DNA of 64,000 nucleotides from an uncultured Bacteroidales bacterium (GCA_937901225.1 CALCGX010000127.1:12643-76642), one strand, 5' to 3'. Numbered from the stretch's first letter, positions 1-9,532 are shown. Made by a program: numbers and translations. The notes: generated from the letters alone by a model not told the origin.

Positions 1-642
1 GGCATGAGCAATGCCATCAGCGTACAACAACCCATGTATCTTCGCCCACTCAATGACCCTAATTGGGGCAGCGAGGAGTGGCATAAAAATGCAACGGTAT
101 ATATCACAAATGGCACTCCAAGTGACTGCGTAAAATTAGCCTTAGATGTGTTGTTTGAAGGTGATCCTGCGCGCATCAATCTACTTGCTAGCGGCATCAA
201 CCACGGCTCAAACGCAGCAATCAATGTGATTTACTCAGGAACAATGGGAGCAGTATTTGTAGGAGCAGAACATGGAATACCCGCAATAGGTTATTCAATT
301 GATGACCATAATCCAGATGCTGATTTTAGCCATTTTGAGGCATATATCCTAGAACTAACCCGCCATCTCATCGAAGAAGGTATGCCTTATGGCGTATGCT
401 ATAATATCAACGCCCCTGTAGGTGAGCTTCAAGGTGTTCGTTGGACACGCCAATGCCGTGGTTTTTGGCAAAAAGAAATGGAAGAGCGTGTAGATGAGAA
501 AGGAGAGAAATACTACTGGTTGACAGGAGAATATGTAAATATCGAACCCGAAGTGGAGGGTACAGACATCTGGGCAATGAACAACCATTATGTTAGTGTA
601 CATCCTTGCACGATAGATCAAACCGCCTACGCAGAGATTTGA
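1..642 (+). CDS. surE: 5'/3'-nucleotidase SurE, C-terminal ~213 aa (N-terminus upstream of window)
   Basis: The frame is open to base 1. It contains the SurE signature GINHGSNAAINVIYSGTMGAV. The first residues, G-MSNAIS, match an internal SurE motif, so the ATG at 4 is not the true start. Confidence 0.85.
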   Translation, partial: GMSNAISVQQPMYLRPLNDPNWGSEEWHKNATVYITNGTPSDCVKLALDVLFEGDPARINLLASGINHGSNAAINVIYSGTMGAVFVGAEHGIPAIGYSIDDHNPDADFSHFEAYILELTRHLIEEGMPYGVCYNINAPVGELQGVRWTRQCRGFWQKEMEERVDEKGEKYYWLTGEYVNIEPEVEGTDIWAMNNHYVSVHPCTIDQTAYAEI

Positions 643-676
643 TAAATATTGGATAGGTATCCTACTGGGGCTTGCT

Positions 677-910
677 TTGCCAGCTGTGGTAGGATATGCA
701 TATGTTGAGCGCTTCAATTTGTGGTACACATTTGAGGCGTTCGATATGGGTTTGATGGGTGGTATATTGAGTAGGATATTGCAGGTTGGTATTTTCCCTA
801 ATTTGGCATTACTATTTGTGTTTTACACGATGGAAATGTGGAAGTTGGCTAAAGGTGTGTTGCTGGCAGCCCTACCATACCTTATTATGAGTATAGTTCT
901 TATGGCATAA
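677..910 (+). CDS. hypothetical small hydrophobic protein (77 aa)
   Basis: This ORF fills the surE-lpxB gap and has two hydrophobic segments. No recognisable motif; it may be non-coding. Confidence 0.25.
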   Translation: MPAVVGYAYVERFNLWYTFEAFDMGLMGGILSRILQVGIFPNLALLFVFYTMEMWKLAKGVLLAALPYLIMSIVLMA

Positions 911-931
911 TCATTACAATCATCAAGACTA

Positions 932-2068
932 TTGAAACCTTTAAAATTTTTCATAATCGCAGGTGAAGCCTCTGGTGATTTACATGCTTCTAATCTAATG
1001 AAAGCTTTGCGGAAGAAAGACGCTCACGTATCTTTCGTAGGCTTGGGTGGGGACAAAATGCGTGCAGAAGGTTGCGATATTCGCGTGGATTATCGCGAGA
1101 TGGCATATATGGGTATTTTGGCCGTTTTGAGCAACCTCGATAAGGTTAGACGCAATTTTTGTATTGCTAAACAAACACTATTAGAGGAAAAACCAGATGC
1201 ACTTATTCTGATTGATTATCCATCGTTTAATTTAAAAATAGCGAAGTTCTGTAAAAAGCACTTGCCCAATACGAAAGTGATTTACTATATCCCTCCTAAG
1301 ATTTGGGCATGGAAAAGGTGGCGTGTGCATAGCATCGCAAAATACTGCGATGAGATATTAGGTATCTTTCCATTTGAACCCGCGTTCTACGCTAAATACG
1401 GTTACAAGTGCCACTATGTTGGTAACCCCACCGCCGATTGTATTCGCGAGTTCACCGCTACATCACCCACAGGCAACGACACACCCACCATCGCTATTCT
1501 TCCAGGCTCTCGACGTAGCGAGATTAGCCATTGCTTACCTATAATGTTGGAGGCTGCACGAAAGGTTGCAGGAGAACGGTATCAAATCATCGTAACTGCT
1601 GCACCTGGAATAGAAGATGCTTTCTATCAATCATTTTTGCTACATGACGAAACGCTCACGCGCGATACCTATAATATCATTGCGCATGCACAAGCAGCGG
1701 TAGTGAATTCAGGTACCGCTACGTTAGAAACTGCTCTCATAGGATGTCCACAAACGGCAGTTTATCATGTGGCAGGAAGCAAGTATCTTGAGAAATTATT
1801 ACGTCCCATCCTATTTCGCATTTCTCATTTTACTTTAGTGAATATCATTCCTAATCAAGAAATAATTCAGGAACTAATCGCTAGTCGCTTTACCACGGAG
1901 AACGTTGCTCATGAGTTACATCGTTTACTATATGACCAAGAATATCGTACAAATATGTTAAAGCGGTATCAGCAATTACACACCATCTTAGGTAATGCAT
2001 CAGCAGCGAACAACGCAGCTGATAAGATTTATACATTAATTTTTAACTGCAATGAAACCAATCACTGA
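932..2068 (+). CDS. lpxB: lipid-A-disaccharide synthase
   Basis: TTG start, 378 aa. The motifs FIIAGEASGDLHASNLMKAL and LIDYPSFNLKIAKF are typical of LpxB. Confidence 0.9.
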   Translation: MKPLKFFIIAGEASGDLHASNLMKALRKKDAHVSFVGLGGDKMRAEGCDIRVDYREMAYMGILAVLSNLDKVRRNFCIAKQTLLEEKPDALILIDYPSFNLKIAKFCKKHLPNTKVIYYIPPKIWAWKRWRVHSIAKYCDEILGIFPFEPAFYAKYGYKCHYVGNPTADCIREFTATSPTGNDTPTIAILPGSRRSEISHCLPIMLEAARKVAGERYQIIVTAAPGIEDAFYQSFLLHDETLTRDTYNIIAHAQAAVVNSGTATLETALIGCPQTAVYHVAGSKYLEKLLRPILFRISHFTLVNIIPNQEIIQELIASRFTTENVAHELHRLLYDQEYRTNMLKRYQQLHTILGNASAANNAADKIYTLIFNCNETNH

Positions 2069-3320
2069 CATCGAAATAATGGCGCCTGTGGGCTGCTGGG
2101 AAAGTTTGGCTGCCGCTATTGAAGCGGGAGCTACAAGTGTGTATTTCGGTATAGAGTATCTGAATATGCGTTCACGTTCGTCTGCTAACTTCACGACTCA
2201 AGACCTCCATACGATTGTAGAACGTTGCCAAGCAGTAGGTGTGAAAACCTACCTGACACTCAACACAGTGATGTATCCAGAAGACTTGTCGTTGATGCGC
2301 GAGATCGTGGATCATGCTAAGGCGGCAGGCGTATCGGCTATCATCGCTTCGGATATCGCAGCATTGCAATATGCTTTTGCTTCGGGTGTTGAAGTGCATC
2401 TTTCTACCCAACTCAATATCGCCAATACAGAGGCGCTGAAGTTCTATGCTCAGTATGCCGATGTGGTGGTGTTGGCGCGTGAATTGAATATGGACCAAGT
2501 AGCAAGTATTTATCATGATATTGTAGAGCAAGATATCAGAGGTCCCAAGGGAGAATTGATTCGTATTGAGATGTTTTGCCATGGTGCTTTGTGTATGGCT
2601 GTGAGTGGCAAATGTTATCTGAGTCTCAATAACTTAGGTGCGAGTGCTAATCGAGGAGCCTGTATGCAGATTTGTCGTCGTGGCTACGTGGTGAAAGACA
2701 AAGAAAGCGATCTTGAATTGGAGGTGGATAATCAATATATCATGTCGCCTAAAGACCTCAAGACCATTCACTTCCTCAACAAAATGCTCGATGCTGGTGT
2801 GCGTGTACTCAAGATAGAAGGTCGTGCACGTGGAGCTGAGTATGTGAAGACGGTAGTGGAGTGTTATAAAGAAGCTGTTGATTTGTGGCTCAAGGACAAT
2901 GAAATATGGGCTACAGACGCAATTGAACCCCACATCGAAAATTGGAACACTCGTCTTGCTCGCGTCTTTAATCGTGGTTTCTGGGATGGCTATTACCAAG
3001 GACAAAAATTAGGCGAGTGGACGCATAAATATGGTTCACGAGCTACTCGCAAGAAGGTTTTTGCTGGTAAATGTACCAATTTCTTCAAGAATATTTCTGT
3101 GGCAGAATTTTATTTAGAAGCCACTAAGGAGATTCGTGAGGGCGATGAACTCCTCATTACAGGCGAAACAACGGGTGCCTATGAATTGGTGGCAAAAGAT
3201 ATCCACGATGCCAAAGGCCAACTTCGAACTGAGGTGCAAAAGGGTGAGTATTTTGCCCTCAAAACGGATAAGATGGTCCGTCGTGGTGATCGAATATTCC
3301 TGCTCAAAATCGAGGAATAA
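2052..3320 (+). CDS. peptidase U32 family protein (collagenase-like)
   Basis: N-terminal MAPVGCWESLAAAIEAGATSVYFG and the LKIEGRARGAEYV block are typical of U32. Overlaps the lpxB stop by 17 nt. Confidence 0.85.
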   Translation: MKPITDIEIMAPVGCWESLAAAIEAGATSVYFGIEYLNMRSRSSANFTTQDLHTIVERCQAVGVKTYLTLNTVMYPEDLSLMREIVDHAKAAGVSAIIASDIAALQYAFASGVEVHLSTQLNIANTEALKFYAQYADVVVLARELNMDQVASIYHDIVEQDIRGPKGELIRIEMFCHGALCMAVSGKCYLSLNNLGASANRGACMQICRRGYVVKDKESDLELEVDNQYIMSPKDLKTIHFLNKMLDAGVRVLKIEGRARGAEYVKTVVECYKEAVDLWLKDNEIWATDAIEPHIENWNTRLARVFNRGFWDGYYQGQKLGEWTHKYGSRATRKKVFAGKCTNFFKNISVAEFYLEATKEIREGDELLITGETTGAYELVAKDIHDAKGQLRTEVQKGEYFALKTDKMVRRGDRIFLLKIEE

Positions 3321-3324
3321 AACA

Positions 3325-3358
3325 AATAGACTTGGCGGTCCGCCAAGTCTATTTTCTT
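3325..3358. terminator. bidirectional intrinsic terminator hairpin between convergent genes
   Basis: A 14-bp perfect inverted repeat, aatagacttggcgg / ccgccaagtctatt, followed by a T-run. Confidence 0.6.
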
Positions 3359-3367
3359 AATTCTTAA

Positions 3368-5611
3368 TTAGAAAGTCGCCCCAGTATTCTTTTCTTCGGC
3401 TCCTGCATCTACTTTGTGCTCCTCTTCAAGCCAAAGCCATGTGGTATTACTTTCTTTGCCCAAGTACTGCACTTTGGCTTTTACGATTTTTGTACCTTCA
3501 GGCACTGCCACTGGCGCACTATATACTTGCCATTCGCCATCATCAAAGTTATAGAGTATCTCGCCACCTTCCATCACTTTGTTCATCGCCACGGTTAATG
3601 GCAAACTATCCACTGCCACTGGCTTCACACCGGGCTGTTGAATATGGAAATTACGACCGCTGGCTGCCAATTGTGGCACGAATACTTCATATACCAAGCG
3701 ATTGTATTCGCTCAAAGTCAATGCGCTGCGGTTGTTCCATGCGCGCTCTGCCAAACCGTAAATCTTTGGATAAATCTGCCACTCCACTTGCGCGAACGAA
3801 CGAATCACTTCGCCCCACAATTGCGCATTCATACCGATTACATTTGGGTGAATCAGTGGCTCCCAATCAAACGAACGATACTCATCGGTGTATCCACCCC
3901 AGTTGAGTCCTTTCTCTTCGTGGTGATTGCAGTATGCAAAGTCAAAGTACAAGCGGTTAGCGTTTGCTAATACCACGGGATAACCAGCCTCTGCCATCTC
4001 CAATGGCTTGGTATTGCTGTTGAGCCATGAGTAGCAAATGGCTTTGCTCTCGGGCTTGCAGAAGTGGGTGATTTCTTCCCAACCCATTGGTTGCAGGTTG
4101 TAGCGATTCAATATCTCCAACACCGCATCAATAAATGCCTGATGCTCCTCGCGTGTCAATGCACCCTTAGGTACTTCATCGCCACCAATGTTTAGTTGTG
4201 TCAATGGTTGTCCTGCCTCCTCGTGCATCTTCACCAACTCGGTCACGACATGGTCAATAAATTCCACTGCATAGGGCTTGGTTACATCAATCACATTGTC
4301 CGTATAGTTTTGTGCAGACTTATATACGCGAGCGTTGAACGCGCTGTCAGTCAGCATGTTACCCATTGCTTTCTTGGCTGCACGCATATGACCAGGCATG
4401 TCTATCTCTGGTATTACGCGGATGTGACGCTCGCCAGCGTATTTCAGCAATTCGATGTACTTCTCGCGTGTGATATAGCCATTGGCTGTGGTGGGCGCAT
4501 TAGGGTCCCAACCGCCACAATACATTGGCAGCAGACACTCGCTTTCATCGGTGGTATAACCGCGTTTAGAACCTATATCGGTCAGCTGTGGCAATCCTGG
4601 AATCTCCAATCGCCATGCCTCATCATCCGTCAAGTGGAAATGTAGCACATTCAGTTTGTGGTATGCCATGATGTCCAAAACGCGGTAGATAGAGTCCACG
4701 GGGTAGTAGTTGCGCACCACATCCAGCATGATACCGCGGTGGTGCAAGTCGGGGTAGTCGGTCACGCTGCCGCATGGCACCACTTCGCCCCATTGTTTCA
4801 ATGTCTGTTTGGCGTAGAACACACCTGCTTCATCGCTGGCTTCGATGGTGATTGTGCTTGGAGTAATAATCATGCGATAACCTTCCGCCACCATGTTCGC
4901 ATCGGTGCGAACGACCATTTCTGCCTTTGCCACTTCGCATACTCCTTCGGTATAAATAGCTTGCTTTGGCTGTGGCAACAACGGCTGCACAGCCTCTTTT
5001 CCAGCTCCCTTCCCTTCAGGGAGGGGGTGGGGGGCGGCTCTCTCGCCCAATACTCCTTCCACATAATCATACACATACGCACCTTCGGCGTAAGGTGTTT
5101 TCTCCCATGTTACGATACCTCGTTTCATCTGTTCTGGGCGCGTGAATGGCGCATAAGTGCAAGGGATACTAATTGGCTTCCCACTTTTCACCTTTCCGTT
5201 TTCCCCTTTCACCTTCACCAAGAAGAATCCCTCTGGGCGCGAAGTCTGACGGATGGCATTGCCTTTGAATAGCAACTTAAATGTTCGGCTGCTATCGGGC
5301 ATGAGTGGTTGAAAATCTTCCGTAGGTGTAATGCTGTGATAGCTGGCTTGCAATTCTGTTTGCAGAATTTGGTCGCCTTCTGTGTAGATAGGGTGGAGTG
5401 ACATGTAGTTGAAGTACAATATCCATCCTTCGTTGGTGATTGGTTTGTTCGAGTGGTTAGTGATGGTGTAGTAGAGTTCGCAAACTCCAGGTGTCACATC
5501 ATTCTTCCCCATTTCCCAGTGAATTGACATAGGAGGATTTTGAGTACATGATGCAAAGGTAATCATTGCTGTGATTCCTAAAAGACGTACAATGGCTTTC
5601 ATGATTTTCAA
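3368..5611 (-). CDS. GH20 beta-N-acetylhexosaminidase, secreted/lipoprotein
   Basis: HFHLTDDEAWRLEIPGL and NIGGDEVP are the GH20 catalytic blocks. Signal peptide with Cys (FASCTQ). 747 aa. Confidence 0.9.
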   Translation of the reverse strand: MKIMKAIVRLLGITAMITFASCTQNPPMSIHWEMGKNDVTPGVCELYYTITNHSNKPITNEGWILYFNYMSLHPIYTEGDQILQTELQASYHSITPTEDFQPLMPDSSRTFKLLFKGNAIRQTSRPEGFFLVKVKGENGKVKSGKPISIPCTYAPFTRPEQMKRGIVTWEKTPYAEGAYVYDYVEGVLGERAAPHPLPEGKGAGKEAVQPLLPQPKQAIYTEGVCEVAKAEMVVRTDANMVAEGYRMIITPSTITIEASDEAGVFYAKQTLKQWGEVVPCGSVTDYPDLHHRGIMLDVVRNYYPVDSIYRVLDIMAYHKLNVLHFHLTDDEAWRLEIPGLPQLTDIGSKRGYTTDESECLLPMYCGGWDPNAPTTANGYITREKYIELLKYAGERHIRVIPEIDMPGHMRAAKKAMGNMLTDSAFNARVYKSAQNYTDNVIDVTKPYAVEFIDHVVTELVKMHEEAGQPLTQLNIGGDEVPKGALTREEHQAFIDAVLEILNRYNLQPMGWEEITHFCKPESKAICYSWLNSNTKPLEMAEAGYPVVLANANRLYFDFAYCNHHEEKGLNWGGYTDEYRSFDWEPLIHPNVIGMNAQLWGEVIRSFAQVEWQIYPKIYGLAERAWNNRSALTLSEYNRLVYEVFVPQLAASGRNFHIQQPGVKPVAVDSLPLTVAMNKVMEGGEILYNFDDGEWQVYSAPVAVPEGTKIVKAKVQYLGKESNTTWLWLEEEHKVDAGAEEKNTGATF
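5003..5040. repeat. GC-rich palindromic element embedded in-frame in the GH20 gene (copy 1)
   Basis: The core cttcccttcagggagggg (5009-5026) is the exact reverse complement of 30415-30432. Flanking G/C runs are also shared. Confidence 0.7.
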
Positions 5612-5640
5612 TAAAAGTTAAACGCGATTCAATTTTTTTG

Positions 5641-5672
5641 CAAAGGTAAGTAATATTTTTGATATCTGCAAA
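5641..5672 (-). promoter_or_regulatory. Bacteroidota sigma-A promoter for the GH20 gene
   Basis: On the minus strand, a TACCTTTG -7 box (5641-5648) and a TTTG -33 box (5669-5672) with a 20-nt spacer. Confidence 0.55.
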
Positions 5673-5723
5673 TCTTTTTTCTTAACTTCTTGTGATGTGT
5701 TACGATGTTTTTGTTGTTGTGTT

Positions 5724-5798
5724 TCACCTATAAATCTTTAGTGATTCTTAGGTGATTCTTAGGTTATTCATAGGTGATTTATAGGTTATTCAGCATAC
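5724..5798. repeat. 11-bp-period tandem array, copy A (5 direct units plus 1 inverted unit)
   Basis: Units tctttagtgat, tcttaggtgat, tcttaggttat, tcataggtgat and ttataggttat occupy 5735-5789. The flanks tcacctataaa and tcagcatac are reverse complements of the flanks of array B at 42222-42328. Confidence 0.85.
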
Positions 5799-5932
5799 TT
5801 AACTATGCCTTTGCTAAGTTATACTTCAAATTTCAATGGTTGATTTCTGGCCAAAAGCAATCTTTTTTATTTCGCAATAATGTCATAAGAATAGGCGAAA
5901 TAATTACAAAATTTTATTTTTTTTCGAAAACG

Positions 5933-5964
5933 TTTGCAGGATTCAAAAAAAAACACTACCTTTG
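5933..5964 (+). promoter_or_regulatory. Bacteroidota sigma-A promoter for 6030..7502
   Basis: TTTG (5933-5936), a 20-nt spacer with A9, then TACCTTTG (5957-5964). About 85 percent identical to the promoter at 54472-54503. Confidence 0.6.
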
Positions 5965-6029
5965 TTGCCGATTTATGGATTTTGACTAACAAAAACACAA
6001 TCTTTTATATTAACTTAAAATTAGAAAAC

Positions 6030-7502
6030 ATGAAAAGAATTTTTATCTCTTTCCTCGCTGTTATAGCGATGGTAGGTATGGCAAATGCACAGCGCGTATG
6101 GGCGTACAATCTTGATTTAGAAGAGTCTGTTGGGGGACTTTCTATGTGCAAGTTTACTTTTGTTGCTACTGCTAATGCTACAACAGCTAATCTAGTCTTC
6201 TTTAATGCAGATGGTGTAGAGGTTGGCAAAGTAGCTGTGGAGAATGTTGTTAAGGGTGAGAATGTGGTGGAACTTAATCTTGATGCAATTCCTGGTCAAG
6301 GTGCTTTGAATTGGGCTGTGGAGCTGGCTGCTGAACCAATAGTAGAAATTACAGAGTTGACTGATGAGTCTGTGGATGTATTTCATTTCTACCTTTCACA
6401 AGGCGTAGCCATTAATAATAGTCCAGAGTCTGCACATTTTGGCAAAATTTACGTGGCTAATCCTCAGGTAGGTGCAGATGGAATGAGTGATTATACTAGC
6501 AACCAAGAACGTGGTATCTATGTGTTTGATCCACTTTTGAATTTGGAAAATGAGCCAGGTTATGGTTATTTGCCATTTGAGTTTTCGTTGGGCAATAGTT
6601 GGGATGCGATTCACCGCATAGCTGTTGATCCTAAAGATGGCACAGTCGCTTTTGCGAAATGGGATAAAGAGCCATTTTCTATTTATGCCGTTAGTCCTGA
6701 TAGTTTGAGTCCTGATGTGTGGTGGGATAATGTAGTGGACTTAACACCAGAATTGAACCAACCAGTATCTCTGTGCTATGACAAAGAGGGTACTTTGTGT
6801 GTGTTGTGTTATGATGCAAAGGGTCAAACTTCTTCTATTTATAGTATTTATAAGGTTCATGCTGATGGTACAACGGAGGCTGTGTTTACAGAAGAGGGTT
6901 GGATGGTTACTGGTCGTGCTGATATTGCTGCTGATGGACAAGGTGGCTATTGGGTGGTGACAAAAGCAACTGCCAACAATGATCCGACCGCTAAATTGAT
7001 GCATATTGGTCAAAATGGTATTGATTTTGAAGTTTCGAATGGTGCCGATACGTTGGGTATGCCAGAAAACTTTAACCGTGCTCAATTGGCATACGATATG
7101 AAGCGTGATATCTTGGCTATCGGTGGTGGCGGAAAGGTAACATTGTATAATGTGGCTTACGATGAGAATGGAGCCCCATTGATGGAGAAGTGGACAGAAA
7201 CTCCAATGTTTGATCCTGCAAAACCAGCATGGAATACGGACGGTATTGCATTTGACTATGCAGGCGATATGGTTGTGATGAGTGCATCCAACGAGCGCTT
7301 CTATAAATTTGCTATGCCAACCGATAATAATACTTGTACCACTCCGGCTCCAAAGACACAGTTAGTGTACAAGGGGGGGGATGAGACGGCTTTGCAAACG
7401 ACAACAACGGTAGAGCAAACTGCACGCAAAGTAATTATTGACGGACAATTATATATCCGCCGTGCGGGCAAATTGTATAATGCTATCGGTCAACAAAGAT
7501 AA
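6030..7502 (+). CDS. secreted beta-propeller-like protein (module Y) with a short T9SS-like C-terminal tail
   Basis: Signal peptide MKRIFISFLAVIAMVGMANA. The start is moved from the ORF-track 5934 to ATG 6030 because the promoter -7 box lies inside the longer ORF. It is a paralog of the N-terminus of 54567..58430 and of the C-terminal thirds of 9533..13303 and 50605..54342. Tail: KVIIDGQLYIRRAGKLYNAIGQQR. Confidence 0.8.
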   Translation: MKRIFISFLAVIAMVGMANAQRVWAYNLDLEESVGGLSMCKFTFVATANATTANLVFFNADGVEVGKVAVENVVKGENVVELNLDAIPGQGALNWAVELAAEPIVEITELTDESVDVFHFYLSQGVAINNSPESAHFGKIYVANPQVGADGMSDYTSNQERGIYVFDPLLNLENEPGYGYLPFEFSLGNSWDAIHRIAVDPKDGTVAFAKWDKEPFSIYAVSPDSLSPDVWWDNVVDLTPELNQPVSLCYDKEGTLCVLCYDAKGQTSSIYSIYKVHADGTTEAVFTEEGWMVTGRADIAADGQGGYWVVTKATANNDPTAKLMHIGQNGIDFEVSNGADTLGMPENFNRAQLAYDMKRDILAIGGGGKVTLYNVAYDENGAPLMEKWTETPMFDPAKPAWNTDGIAFDYAGDMVVMSASNERFYKFAMPTDNNTCTTPAPKTQLVYKGGDETALQTTTTVEQTARKVIIDGQLYIRRAGKLYNAIGQQR

Positions 7503-7515
7503 ATGATCTAATCAG

Positions 7516-7546
7516 GGAAGGGATGTTTTTTGTCCCTTCCTTTTTG
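7516..7546 (+). terminator. intrinsic terminator
   Basis: Hairpin ggaaggga / tcccttcc followed by T5. Confidence 0.65.
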
Positions 7547-7575
7547 TGTTTCAATGACTTAATAATGATTGCTTT

Positions 7576-9504
7576 ATGAATAAGAAAAATCTGCTTCTAT
7601 TGTGCTGTATGGTATTAGGCATTTTATGCGTATCTGCAGCTCCTAAAAGAGAGATGCGTGCAACATGGTTGACTGCTGTCGCAAATATTGATTGGCCAAT
7701 GTCTTCGACCAAAACAGTAGAGGCTCAACAGGCTGAATTATTAGAGTTGTTGGACGTATGCGTGGAAACGAATATGAATACCGTACTTTTGCATATTCGT
7801 CCTGCATGCGATGCCTTATATAAGTCTAAATATGAGCCATGGTCAAGCTATCTTAATCATGGGCGTGGCGTTGATCCTGGTTACGATCCATTGCAGTTCT
7901 GTATTGATGAGTGTCACAAGCGTGGATTGACATGCCATGGATGGATCAATCCATATCGCTATGGTAAGCGCGGTGGATACGATTGGACAGGCAATGATGA
8001 TACCACTCAATTGAATTACAAGCATACCCATCCAGAATGGTTGCTTTATTATAAAAATGATATTTACCTTGATCCTGCTCAACCCGAAGTGCGTCAGCGA
8101 ATCAAAGAGGTGGTGGGAGATATTATCAATAATTACGATGTGGATGGTATCTTGATGGATGACTACTTCTATCCATATGGTGGCACAACTAATCAAGATG
8201 CAGCTAGTGTAGAGAAATACAAACCTGCTGATATGAATGTGGGGGATTGGCGCCGTCAAAATGTCAATATGATGATCAAAGATGTCTATGATACCATTCA
8301 GGCGGTTAAACCTTGGGTGACGTTTGGTGTTTCGCCATTTGGTATTTGGACTACGGATTCTAATGTGGCACGAAAGCGCGGTATAAGACTGCCAAGTGGC
8401 ATCTCTGGTGGTAATATGTATGCTGAAATTTATTGCGATCCAGTAGCGTGGCTCGAAGAGGGAACGGTGGATTATATATCGCCACAGTTGTATTGGAAGG
8501 TTGGAGGTGGTCAAGATTACAAGCGATTGAGTCGTTGGTGGGCAGAACTTTGCAACCGTTTTGGTAAGCATTTTTATTCTAGCATGGCATTGTACAAATA
8601 TGAAGAGGGTGCAACAGGCTTTGCTATTAGTGATATCCGTCAGCAACTCGTTTATAATCGTGTAGTGACAGACAATGCGCCAGGTGCTGTATTCTACAAC
8701 ACGCGTGCATGGGCAGAATACAATGCGAAAAAGTTAAGAGTGAACTTAACTAAAAATGAAGCAGAGTTTCAATACATTGCTTTACCACCTGCGATCAACT
8801 GGAAACCTGCAAAAGAGCGCGTAATGGTGGAGAATTTAGCACTGAAAGGTCAAATGCTCTCATGGACACATGCGGATAAGGATGTGCACTTTGCGATATA
8901 TGCAGCAACAACGGATAGCGTGGGAACTTTCTCTATTGGCGAAACGTTGATAGGTGTTTCTTATACTACTTCATTCGAATTACCTGCTGGCATCAATCCA
9001 CAGGACTATCGCATCGGTGTGAGCGTGTTAGATAAATACAATAATGAATTCGCTTTACGTATCTTAGGAGAAGAATTGTTAACTCCTCAAGCACCAAAAT
9101 TGGTGTATCCTCGTGATGGCTATCCTTGTAAATTGCCTATTGTATTTGAATGGCAGGCGGTGGAAAAAGCGGATAGTTATATCATTCAAATAGCGCGTGA
9201 CGAGCAAATGCAAGACCTCTTAGCTGTGCAAGAAGTTGTCACAACTACCTTTTCTACTGACTTGCGTATCAATTTACAGCAATTACCTTTAGGAAATTAT
9301 TATTGGCGAGTGAAAGCACGTATTCCTAATGCAGGTGATACATGGAGCCCAGTTCGACGTGTAGAGTTTGCATTGGAAGATGCTGTGGATAACATTGAGG
9401 TAGAAATACCTGAATGTAAAAAGTACCTTGAAAATGGCTTACTACTAATCGAAAGAGAGGGGCGAATTTATAACTTATTAGGAAATGAAATAACAACAAA
9501 ATAA
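7576..9504 (+). CDS. glycoside-hydrolase-like family 10 (GHL10, YddW/YngK-like) protein with FN3-like domain and T9SS-like tail
   Basis: Signal peptide. The MRATWLTAVANIDWP block is typical of GHL10 (PF02638-type). C-terminal tail: LLLIEREGRIYNLLGNEITTK. Confidence 0.75.
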   Translation: MNKKNLLLLCCMVLGILCVSAAPKREMRATWLTAVANIDWPMSSTKTVEAQQAELLELLDVCVETNMNTVLLHIRPACDALYKSKYEPWSSYLNHGRGVDPGYDPLQFCIDECHKRGLTCHGWINPYRYGKRGGYDWTGNDDTTQLNYKHTHPEWLLYYKNDIYLDPAQPEVRQRIKEVVGDIINNYDVDGILMDDYFYPYGGTTNQDAASVEKYKPADMNVGDWRRQNVNMMIKDVYDTIQAVKPWVTFGVSPFGIWTTDSNVARKRGIRLPSGISGGNMYAEIYCDPVAWLEEGTVDYISPQLYWKVGGGQDYKRLSRWWAELCNRFGKHFYSSMALYKYEEGATGFAISDIRQQLVYNRVVTDNAPGAVFYNTRAWAEYNAKKLRVNLTKNEAEFQYIALPPAINWKPAKERVMVENLALKGQMLSWTHADKDVHFAIYAATTDSVGTFSIGETLIGVSYTTSFELPAGINPQDYRIGVSVLDKYNNEFALRILGEELLTPQAPKLVYPRDGYPCKLPIVFEWQAVEKADSYIIQIARDEQMQDLLAVQEVVTTTFSTDLRINLQQLPLGNYYWRVKARIPNAGDTWSPVRRVEFALEDAVDNIEVEIPECKKYLENGLLLIEREGRIYNLLGNEITTK

Positions 9505-9532
9505 ATTATTAACACTTAAATAACAATCAATC

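Noticed and set aside
5945-5953. Poly-A tracts in promoter spacers as slipped-strand phase-variation switches for the cargo genes.
   Set aside because: Equivalent A/T runs occur in spacers of housekeeping promoters (tRNA-Arg, C-N hydrolase, nfeD/floA). They therefore look like a generic promoter feature of this organism.
5934-6029. The ORF-track N-terminal extensions 5934-6029 (of 6030..7502) and 60260-60346 (of 60347..61105).
   Set aside because: Canonical -33/-7 promoter boxes lie inside these extensions. The downstream starts give proper signal peptides, and the extensions encode no plausible sequence.
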